A stretch of 64,000 nucleotides of DNA from an uncultured Gammaproteobacteria bacterium. GTDB taxonomy: Bacteria > Pseudomonadota > Gammaproteobacteria > Steroidobacterales > Rariloculaceae. Positions 55,132 through 64,000 of the stretch are shown here, piece by piece. Numbering within the stretch: position 1 is the stretch's first letter; each line of letters opens with the position of its first letter. The notes under the pieces are model-generated. The model did not search any database and was not told where the DNA came from. It worked only from the letters and a program-made list of their open reading frames with translations. The translations under genes and the position numbers were made by a program. Location: NCBI GenBank assembly GCA_963748045.1, contig CAVVIC010000009.1, positions 6,154 through 70,153 on the forward strand, read 5' to 3'.

Positions 55132-55794
55132 TCAGTTCTTGGCGGCCGCCGTCGGCGTGTGTTCGCGCGCTGCCAGCTCGCTCGATGACCTGGAACCACG
55201 CCTCGTAGCTGCCGGTCTGGGCGCCGGTCGTCAGGTATTTGCCGTTGACGATGACGGTCGGTGTGCTCTGCGCCTGATAACGACGAACGAGCTCGTCGGC
55301 GCGTTTGACCTTGGCGACCACCGAAAACGAGTTGAACGTGTTCTTGAAGGTGGTCGGCGTCCACGCCGTACAGCAGGAAGAAGCGCGGCGATCTTCGCCT
55401 CCGTGTCGAGGTGATTGCCCTTGGCGTGGAATTCGTTGAAGAACGAGCCTTCGATGTCCTTCAGCTTGCCGAGCGCTTCGGCCGTGTAATACGCGCGCGC
55501 ATGCAGCGGCGCCCACGGCTCCCACATGGCCGGCACGCGCACGAAGTTCACGTAGGCAGGTTTGGTCGCGAGCCACTTCTGCAGCTGCGGCTCGAACGCG
55601 TAGCAAGCCCGGGCAGCCGAACATGAAGATCTCCGTCACCTCGACCTGGCCGGCGGCGGCACTGGTCGGCTGAGCCGGCGAGATCAGGGTGTACTGCTTG
55701 CCGGCCTGGAGCTGGAGGCGTTCTGCGCGCTCGTCGGCACGGTGATGGACGCGGTAGCAGCAAGGGCCAGGGCCAGGAAGGCATTCGAGCGCAT
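55132..55794 (-). CDS. dsbA: Thiol:disulfide interchange protein DsbA; frameshifted
   Basis: V.EIFMFGCP.CY.FEP, FVRVPA.W, HARAYY, TPTVIVNGKY. Confidence 0.9.
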
Positions 55795-55974
55795 GGCGGA
55801 ACTCCTTTGAAGCGCAGATTCGGCCAGAGCTTAGCTGCGGCCGGGTAGGGGCCGCAACGACGCCGGTCGCGACGTGAACTTCCGCCAGGCTCCGAAGGAA
55901 CTCAGCCAGACCAGCGCTGTCGTCGCCCGATGGTTCGGGCGGGCCGGCCGCGCAACATCAGGGGGTAAAAAGAC

Positions 55975-56518
55975 ATGCGCAACATCGCGAGAGTGGGTTC
56001 GGTAGGGGTCGCCGGGGTGGGCGTCGCGTTGGCCGGCGTTGCGCGCAGACGCTGATCACGGCAGGCACGAAGAGGTCATCCGCGCCCGGCTCGTGGGCTA
56101 CAACGAGACGCCGTCGGTGTCGACGCCAGCGAAGGGTACGTTCCGCGCCGTCATCGACGAGGAGGCCGGCACGATCACCTATACGTTGAGCTACGACGGC
56201 ATCGGCGCCGTGACGCAGTCGCATCTGCATCTCGGCCAGCACCACACGGCCGGCGGCATCGTGGTGTTCCTGTGCACGAATCTCGGCAACGCACCGGCGA
56301 ATACCGTCGTGCAGCCGTGCCCGACGGCGCAGCCGGCAGAGATCAGCGGCATCATCCGGATGGCCGACGTCACGGGCACGGGCACGGGCGTTCCGACGCA
56401 GCAGATCGCGCCGGGTGAGTTCGCGGAACTCGTGGCGGCCATCCGGGCCGGTGCGGTGTACGTGAACATTCACTCGACGCCGTCGCCCGCCGGCGAAATT
56501 CGCGGTCAAATCTTCTGA
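55975..56518 (+). CDS. Secreted CHRD-domain protein
   Basis: ARLVGYNETPSVST.A.G, SHLH.G, G.IVVFL, YVNIHS...PAGEIRGQI. Confidence 0.9.
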
Positions 56519-56695
56519 CGCGTCGCGGCGGTGCGGCCATCGCCGCGCCGCCGCTTTTCGCTTGCGGCCACACGCTCAGCCGGGCGTGGCGTTCGGCCGC
56601 GCATCTCGTTGACACCGATCCGGGGCTGTACGACAGTGCCGTCGCCTGGGGTGCGGGCGTGCCGCCCGCACCGGTCAGCTCCGAGGGGGTCGGTC

Positions 56696-57977
56696 ATGGC
56701 GGTCGGTCGTTTCGCGCGCGCAGCCGCGTTGATCATGTGCGCCGGCGCGTCCGGCGCATTCGCGCATCACGGCATCGCGAACTTCGACCTGAACAAGGAC
56801 GTCACGATCAACGGCGCCGTGAAGCGGCTCGCGTTCGTGAATCCGCATTCGTGGCTGTACGTGACCGTGGCTGGATCGAACGGCCAGGCAACCGAGTGGC
56901 GCTGCGAGATGCGGTCCGCCACGGTGTTGCGACGCTCGGGCTGGAGCGCCTCGATGTTCACGCCCGGCACGCAGATCCGCGTGACGGGGGCGCCCGATCG
57001 CCACGATCCGAACACCTGCTACCTCTCGACGATCACGTTCGCCGACGGCGTCACGATGGATCGCTACGGGCAGTTGCAGAAGGCCGGCGCAGTCGCGAGC
57101 ACGGCCGATCGGCCCGCGCGGCTGCCGAACGGCGATCCGAACTTGAGCGGCGATTGGGCCGGCGAGCAGCGCGTGATGACGGATCGCAGCGGCCTGCGCG
57201 GCGCGCTCGTGCCGATCAGCGTCGCCGACCAGATCGGCTCGGGGCAGCTTCCCGAAGGCGTGCGCGCGTTCCCGGGCGCTCGCGGTACGCCGGAATCGCT
57301 GGCCGAGGACGCGATCCACACCGCGTGGACGCGGCCGAGTCCCGTGGCGCTGACCGACGCCGGCAAGAGGGCGGCGGAAGGCTTCGATCCATCGTCGAGC
57401 GCGAATCCGCGGCTACGCTGCGAGCCGACGAACATCATGTTCGACTGGACGTTCGAGACGTTCACGAACCGCATCACGCAGGACGAGAACTCGGTGCGGA
57501 TCCAGTACGGCGCGCCCGGCCTCGACCGCACCGTGTATCTGCACGAGACCGCGCATCCCGGCGAATGTCGAGCCGAGCGTGACCGGGCATTCGATCGGCC
57601 GCTGGGAGAACGACGTGCTGATCGTCGACACCGTCGGCTTCAAGCCCGGCGTGTTGTCGGCGGATACGCTGACGATGCACAGCGGGCAGATGCACGTCGT
57701 CGAGCGGTTCACGCTGGACGCCGCGAAGGGCGCGCTCAAGCGCGACTACGTGGCCGAGGATCCGCTGTACTTCGCGGGCCAGTACAAGGGCTCGGACACG
57801 GTCTACATCGCGGACCTGCCGTACGAGGCGCCGAGCTGCAACGATCTCTCCTACACGACGGATCGCGGCACGCTCGCGGTGCAGCAGTCCGACGCGCAAT
57901 CGCAACAGCCCGCGACCGCGCCCGCCGCAGCGCCGGCTTCGCGGCCGTGGTGGATGTTCTGGAAGGACTGGTTCTGA
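56696..57977 (+). CDS. DUF6152 plus 'WxGDTLV' domain fusion (copy 6); frameshift near 57565
   Basis: Signal peptide, then HHGIANFD...NPHSWL (DUF6152-like); PNLSGDW, RCEPT, GHSIGRWENDVLIVDT, HS..MHVVERFT, EDP, C. Confidence 0.87.
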
Positions 57978-58032
57978 ACCTCGCCGCCGCGCGGCGGTCC
58001 GAGGTTGCGTAACGCTCAGGGAAGGGAAAGTC

Positions 58033-58678
58033 ATGGCCGAAGGCAAGCGCAAGATCAACTGGACGTCCGAGCTCGTGTCGCTCGCGATCGTGCTCGCGGC
58101 GGTCACGTGTCGCGCGCTCGTCGCTCGCGGACCACTACTACGTGCCTTCGGGCTCGATGGAGTACTCGCTGATGCCCGGCGATCGCGTGATCGTCGACAA
58201 GACGGCGTACGGCGTGCGGATTCCGCTGACGAAGATCGACATGTTCGGCGCAGCGACGCCGCGGCGCGGCGACATCGCCGTATTCGATTCGCCCCGCGAC
58301 GGCGTGCGGTTGATCAAGCGCATCGTCGCGATCGGCGGCGACTCGGTGTCACTCGTGAACGGCCAGCTCAAGATCAACGGCCAGCCGCTCGGCGATCGGC
58401 AGATCGAGCACTTCGGCGATCGCAACGCGCTGCTGAATCTGCACGAGGGCGGCGGCCCCGACTACGACATGACGATTCCGGAAGGCATGGTGCTCGCGAT
58501 CGGCGATCACCGAGGCAACAGTCTCGACGGCCGTTTCTGGGGCCTGCTCGACGAGCGCGAGCTGTACGGTCGGGCCATTGCCATCTATTACCGGAGCAGT
58601 GACGTCGAAATGCGCTGGTCGTCGCCGCTGAAGAGCCTGAAGGCGTTGTTCGACGGCTTCGTCTGGAAGCCGCTCTAA
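58033..58678 (+). CDS. lepB: Signal peptidase I; frameshift near 58110
   Basis: VPSGSM..SL..GDRV.V.K, RGDI.VF, LIKRIVA.GGD, GDHRGNSLDGRFWG. Confidence 0.9.
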
Positions 58679-58719
58679 GAAAGAGAAAAGGGCAGCCGAG
58701 CTCAGCGCCCGGCTGCCCT
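58679..58719 (-). terminator. Rho-independent terminator, possibly bidirectional
   Basis: GGGCAGCCG/CGGCTGCCC stem with an A-rich tract on its left, which is a U-tract for the minus strand. Confidence 0.75.
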
Positions 58720-58734
58720 ACCTACAGCACTGCT

Positions 58735-60362
58735 TCAGGCCGTTGCGTTGCCGCTGTTATACCGGCCGAGCAACACCGTCACGATCATGCCGAAGCCGAG
58801 CACCGTCAGCACGAAGTTCACGATGCCGCCGACGATCGGCAGGTTGATCGCGATCACCACGATGGCGAGTCCCGCGATCAGCGTCGCCGCGTAGTGCGGC
58901 AGGCCGGCCGGCGACTGGAACAGCGTGCGCCCGATCATCTGCGCGATGACCGTCTTCCCGAAGTAGAGGCCGATGGCGCCGACCATGAACGTCAGGACGC
59001 CGATCGGGATGCCGACGATCGTGATGCAGGCCAGGATCGCCGCGATCGGCATGACTATGGCCGCCACGAGACCGATGCCGCCGCTGCGTAGCGCGGCGCC
59101 GACGGTCGGCAACGACAGCGTGCGCAACACCGGGAACGCCCATAGCAGCAGTAGGCCGGTCAGGAACGCGGCGCCGAGCCGCACGACCTGGCGGACGTAG
59201 AAGCCCGTGGTCAGATAGCGATTGCGCCGCTGCTCGCGCTCGACGATCTTCCGGTCCACGGTGCCGCCGATCGTGGCGCCCTGGGCGACCTGCAGCTTGT
59301 TGTCGTCGTCGACGTGCGCCGTGACGTTGCGACCGATACGCGCGGAGGGCAGCACGGAGATCAGTTCGCCCGCGTACGCCACGAAGTCGCGTTGCACGTT
59401 GCCGGTCACGACGACGTTGTTGCCGAAGCTGCTTAGATCCATGCCCACTCGGCCGTCGATGTTCACCGTGTCGCCGAACGTCAGCGCGTTGCCGGCAACC
59501 TCGGCGCTTCCATCGAAAGCCAAGATCGCGGCCGAAACCGAAGAAGTTGCGACCGACGTGCGTGCCGCGCAGCGATACGCCGCGGCCGGCGCCGACGATG
59601 TCGCCGCCGACCGTGCCTTCGATCGTCACGGTTTCGGCGCCCGTGATCACGTTGCCGGTGACGTTGCCGCGAATCGTGACCGAGCGGCCAAAGGCGAACA
59701 GATCGCCGTTCACGGTGCCGTCGATGGCCACGGTCTGGCCGGCGGCGATCAACGTGTCGTCGATCGTTTCGCCGGCGGCGACGGTGACCACGCCTTCGCC
59801 GTGCCGAAGTCTCGAGCGCGTGGCCGGGCCTCGGCAGCGCCACAGCCGCTACGAGCAACGACACGAGCAATGCGGCGCTGCCGCGACCACGGGCAAGCGA
59901 TAAGGTCGTCCACGCGAGCAGCGCAACGGCCAGCGTCGCGGCGACCAGGTTCAATGCAGAAGTCAGCATGGTGTTTCCCTCGCTAAGCAAGAATGCGATG
60001 AAAGAGATGGCGCGCTCGGCGAGCTCGCCGGATTGAAAAGGGTTCAGCCACTGCAAGCCGCTCGGGATCGCCTCGGCGACTGCGGTCCAGAAGGCCCCGG
60101 CGACCGCTGCGACCGCGAGCACGCCGAGCGTCAACACGAGCAGATCGCGCGACCGCGCCGGCGGCACGAAGACTGGAATCTTCGCGTGCGCCTCGTCGGT
60201 CTGTAGCGCGGCGCGCAACGCCACACGCTCGGCGCGTAGAGAGGCCACTTTCGCGCTGCACGCAGAGCAGCCGCGCAGGTGCAGGGCCGCGGCGGCCGCC
60301 TGCTCCGGCGGCAACGCGTCGTCTGCGTACATCGAGCGGGTCACGGCGGAAAGGCAGGTCAC
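58735..60362 (-). CDS. zf-HC2 anti-sigma factor fused to a bactofilin-like beta-helix and a multi-TM domain; frameshifted
   Basis: HLRGCSAC; TMs; repeats V.IDGTVNGDLFAFG.SVTI.G.V.GNVI; C-terminal ITIVGIPIG...LP.VG...GFG TM bundle. Confidence 0.8.
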
Positions 60363-60877
60363 GATGCAGTCTCCTCGGCCAAGGTTTTTCGTAGCGCCTG
60401 TTTGGCGCGGCACAACAACGTGCCGACGTGCGTGCGCGTGATGCCGAGCTCCGCGGCGATCTCGTCGTAGCTCGCGTCGGCGAAGTAGGCGAGCGCGAGC
60501 GGCACGCGATAACGCTCGGGCAGGGCTTCGACCGCGGCCTGCACGGACCGCGCGCGCTCGGCCGTCAGCAGCTCGCCGAGACCGTCGGCGTCGTCGGCTT
60601 CGGCGGCCGCGGCTTCCTCGGCTTCGGTGCCGAACGCGGTGGGCTCGAAGCGACGCCGGCGCAGCAGATCCAGAGAATGATTGCGGGCGATCTTCATGAT
60701 CCACGGTCCGAAAGGTTGCGCGGGGTCGTAGCCCGCGAAGCCGCGATACGCCCGCATGAACGCTTCCTGCGCCGCGTCGTCGGCACGCTCGGCAGAGCCG
60801 AGCAGGTGCCGGCATAGCGCGCGGACTTGGGCGTAGTGTTTTGCGTAGAGCGCCGCAAAGGCTGCCTCCTTCGTCAT
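60359..60877 (-). CDS. ECF sigma-70 factor
   Basis: AF..LY..H, ADDAAQEAF.RAY, F.PW..KIARN..LD.LRRR, LPERYR, SYDEIA..LG. Confidence 0.92.
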   Translation of the reverse strand: MTKEAAFAALYAKHYAQVRALCRHLLGSAERADDAAQEAFMRAYRGFAGYDPAQPFGPWIMKIARNHSLDLLRRRRFEPTAFGTEAEEAAAAEADDADGLGELLTAERARSVQAAVEALPERYRVPLALAYFADASYDEIAAELGITRTHVGTLLCRAKQALRKTLAEETAS

Positions 60878-60939
60878 CGCGGTTCCTGGTGTCTCTACTG
60901 GTTGATACGCCTGGGCTCGGGATTTATTACAGTAAGCCG

Positions 60940-61362
60940 ATGCCCGAGCCACGAGAACTCGCAACGGCGCGCCGGCACTTGGCCCGAGCCGAGGCCGAGC
61001 TCGATTCCGCCGACGGTTTGGCGCGGCTCGCCGAGGGGTTGAGCCTGCTGGACGCCCTGATCGCCGGGCGCGACGCGGCCGTCGCGCGCACGGCCGGGAA
61101 TCTCGCGGCGAGCTACGCGGGGCGAATCTACGAGCGTATCGGCGCGGCCGTGGCGAAGGATCCGCAGCTGCCGGAGCCGACGCTCGAGCACTATTTCAAG
61201 GTGGTGCTGGCGCTCGATCAGGTCGGCGAGGCGTTACCCGCGACGGCGGCCGAGCTGAAGCTCGCCGTGGTGCGCGCGCTGATCGACCGCTACTACGAAG
61301 GCCATTCGCCGGCGGAGAAGCGCCGCGCGCTCGAGCAGCTCGCTGCGCTTACGGGCGATTGA
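60940..61362 (+). CDS. Hypothetical alpha-helical protein
   Basis: ATG at 60940; coding-like codon usage; fills the gap between neighbouring genes. Confidence 0.65.
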   Translation: MPEPRELATARRHLARAEAELDSADGLARLAEGLSLLDALIAGRDAAVARTAGNLAASYAGRIYERIGAAVAKDPQLPEPTLEHYFKVVLALDQVGEALPATAAELKLAVVRALIDRYYEGHSPAEKRRALEQLAALTGD

Positions 61363-61366
61363 CGCG

Positions 61367-62760
61367 CTAGAAGTCGACGGCGGCCGCGTCCGCCGCGATC
61401 ACTTCGCGGTACACCGGCAGCGACCAGCCCTGCTTCTCGAGATCTTCGAGCCGCGCTTCGACCTTGCGCATGTAGTCGCGCTTGTTGCCGTACAGCTCCT
61501 TGAGCTTCTCTTTCGAGTACGGCTCCTGATACGCGGAGAGGCGGCACATGATCTGCGCGCCCTGCATGCCGTTCGCGGCGACGTAGGCACTCGGATTCGC
61601 AATCAACGGCTCTGCCGCCGTGTTGCTGGCCGAGTACTTGGCCGTCGGTACGTCGACGTACGGAGTGCGGATGCCGCCGAGCGGATTGCCGTTCGCGTCG
61701 AGCGCCATCATCGAGCCGTCGTTGCTCGTGTCGCGGTCGAGCAGTACTCGCGGTGCGCGCGGTGGCGCTAGCCCCAAATCCACCCAGCGGAACAGGTGAT
61801 ACAGGCCCACCGAGAAATAAGCCTGCTCGGGCAGCGTGCTCAGTGGCTTCGTGCACGGATTCGGGTGCAGCCGCACGTTGTCGCGCGAGTCGACGTGGCC
61901 GATGCCCGCGACCTCGTACAGCCGGAACTGCTTGCCGGGCTCGTCGCTGTCCTGGCGGCGCGGCACGTTCGTCTCCTGCTCGAGCATCGTCGGCATCTCG
62001 ATCAGCGGCACGTCGATCTCGCGAATCGTGCCGCCGTACGACGTCGGCATGAAGCCGTCGAAGATCCGCTGCATGTCCGGCGTGCGGAACACCATGTGCG
62101 CGGGCAGGTAGTTCACGAGCGTGCCGCTGCTCATCGACGTGCCGGCCATGACCATTTTGCGAACGCGCAGCTTGCCGAACGGGCCGCGATCGCTTTTCAC
62201 GAGCGCGCCGACCTGCGCGATGATCTCGTTCTGCTGGCCGTCCGCGAGCTTAAGCTTCTCGTAGCGCTTCGCGTTCAGCGCGATGAACTGCTGCGGCGAC
62301 GTCGTCAGCACCTCGACGGCGGCGTGACCCGGAGCTCATGAGGTAGGCCGCCGTGAATTCGAACGCGTGCGCGGCGCCGCTCGAATGCATCGATTCCGCG
62401 AGCACGAGCCCGCTGAACTTGCCGTCCTCGGCCGGCTGGCGCACCACGACGCGTGTCGTGTACGGCTTGCCGTCCGCCGTGCCGGACACGAAATACTCAG
62501 TGGTCTTGTAGTGGAAGTGGGCCGGGTCGAGCCCTTTCATCTGCGATGGCGCGGAGTCGAACATCGCGCCGGGGCCGGTGACAGGCGCCGACAACGTCGG
62601 CAGCGCTACCGCGGTCGGCACCTTCGGAATGCCTTCGATCTCCGGTTCGGGGCGCGGGCCGCCGAAACCGGACGGTGGCTGGGCGAGCGCAGAGGTGGCA
62701 ATGGTCAGGCCGGCGACCGCTAGCGCGGCAGCGGCCGAACGCAAGATGACGTACAGACAT
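61367..62760 (-). CDS. Secreted alpha/beta hydrolase domain protein; frameshifted
   Basis: Signal peptide; EYFVSGTA...YTTRVVVR.P...KFSG, GTSMSS, RLYEVAG..H, D..GN.LGGIR.P.VDVP, L.ELYG...Y. Confidence 0.85.
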
Positions 62761-62861
62761 GGAGTTCCCCCGGGAACGTGTTAGCGCGGCACGATACGGC
62801 AGGGTAGCGAAACCAGAAGCCTAGGTGCTGGTCTCTAGAGAAATCTTGCGTGGCCGAGCCA

Positions 62862-63653
62862 TCAACGGTCTTGGGTCGCTGCAGCACGAATGTGCGCGGC
62901 GAGCTCGTTCGGTATGCTGACTTGCGGGAAATGCCGGCACGGAAGAAAGCCTATCGGTATGCCCGCGACATCGGCGACTTTGCGATTGCCGGTGTACAGC
63001 GCTTCCACCGGCGGATGACCCACGGTCCAGGTCACGGGCCGCCGCGTCAGCTCGACGCGCGTGAACTCCCGCCACGGGTGTGGCGATGCGACGTACACCC
63101 TTGCCCAGGTGACATAGTTCTTCGCGAGGCGCGCGTGGTACTCGGCGCCGAGCGCGTCCCACGCCGCCGCGTTCTCGTTCAGCACGTTGCGGAACAGGAA
63201 CTCGCAGGTCTTGACCACGGTGGCGTCGTCCGGCGAGAAGATCCCCTCGAATGGCCCGGCCGCGCCTCGAAGGGGCACCGCAAGCTCGTGCACGATCACG
63301 TTCCGCACCAGCTCCGGGTGCGCTGCCGCGAGCGCCAGCGCGAACAATCCTCCGGAACTGCATCCGTAGATCGTGGCGCGTTCGATGCGCAGGGATCGCA
63401 GCAGCGCAGCAATCTGTGCGGTGACTTCATCCGTCGAGAGGCCGGTGAAGTTCGGCGGTACGCTCGAGCGCGAGAACCCCGGCATGTCGAACGTCAGGAC
63501 GCTGAACTCGTCGGCGAGCAGGTCTGCCACCCGCCCCAGGGATTCGCAGTCGCCCTCGCCGGAGGGAATCAGTACGACCGGTGGCCCGACGCCGCGTTGC
63601 TCGCAATACCAATCGATATCGGTCGCGCGCTGGTGAAATACTGAGGTGGCCAC
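62862..63653 (-). CDS. Alpha/beta hydrolase closely resembling fungal zearalenone lactonohydrolase ZHD101
   Basis: WY.EQ.G.GP.VVL.P.G.G.C, TFDMPG.SRS, GCSSG, RN...HEL, AW.A.G.E.HARL.KNY..WAR.Y, P..WTVG, G.LP..HFP.VS.P. Confidence 0.85.
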   Translation of the reverse strand: MATSVFHQRATDIDWYCEQRGVGPPVVLIPSGEGDCESLGRVADLLADEFSVLTFDMPGFSRSSVPPNFTGLSTDEVTAQIAALLRSLRIERATIYGCSSGGLFALALAAAHPELVRNVIVHELAVPLRGAAGPFEGIFSPDDATVVKTCEFLFRNVLNENAAAWDALGAEYHARLAKNYVTWARVYVASPHPWREFTRVELTRRPVTWTVGHPPVEALYTGNRKVADVAGIPIGFLPCRHFPQVSIPNELAAHIRAAATQDR

Positions 63654-63762
63654 GGACGATCCCCGGGTCGCCGCGATTCGGCGTGGGGACGTTACGCGAC
63701 CGTCGATGAAACTGGAAGGCCCCGCGCGGAGCGGCGGGTGCGTCGGTTGGGAGCGAGGTTCG

Positions 63763-64000
63763 CTAACGGCGAACGACGGCGTGAATCACACGCTCGTGCT
63801 CGAAGTACACGGAGAAGTTGGGATAGTCCCAACGCGTGATCGGCGGTTGACCGACCGTGGCGTGCTTCTGTGCCGGCGCACCGTACGTCGACTCGACCGC
63901 AGTCATCGTCATGCCGGATTTCGGCCGTGCGGACGCCGACTGAGCGTCGGATTCGACGCCGTCGAGCAGCAGCGTATCCGCGCGAGCGGCACCCGCGACC
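63763..64000 (-). CDS. Small periplasmic protein (SmpA/OmlA-like), 5' end outside the window
   Basis: Translation ...ADTLLLDGV...RPKSGMTMTAVESTYGAP...VGQPPITRWDYPNFSVYFEHERVIHAVVRR*. It is not in the ORF track. Confidence 0.8.
   Translation of the reverse strand, partial: VAGAARADTLLLDGVESDAQSASARPKSGMTMTAVESTYGAPAQKHATVGQPPITRWDYPNFSVYFEHERVIHAVVRR

Overview
GC-rich chromosomal window, most likely from a free-living Gammaproteobacterium (convergent tadA/mltF, a yqjD/E/K-like trio, dsbA, Fiu-type receptor with piuC). Many genes are broken by single-base frameshifts, including housekeeping ones (dsbA, lepB, sco), which points to an unpolished long-read consensus rather than real pseudogenes. 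Coordinates of split genes are stitched by eye and approximate. About 65 CDS were found, and no rRNA, tRNA, CRISPR array, integrase or transposase. The window is rich in exported or periplasmic enzymes: two PQQ dehydrogenases, two NHL and one SMP-30 beta-propellers, a SnoaL protein, a GlcG/HbpS protein, alpha/beta hydrolases and a Tat-signal flavoprotein. The most striking pattern is six copies, in four architectures, of one uncharacterised secreted domain (PxLxGxW...C...DGRxH...GxSxGxWxGDTLV...ERFxR...DDP...C). Other highlights are a close bacterial homologue of the fungal zearalenone lactonase ZHD101, a stand-alone minimal STAND-like NTPase, two ECF sigma/anti-sigma modules with unusual partners, a GGA-loop repeat element, and an AT-rich junction that truncates a gene at the left edge. 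All family assignments come from motif recognition, not database searches.
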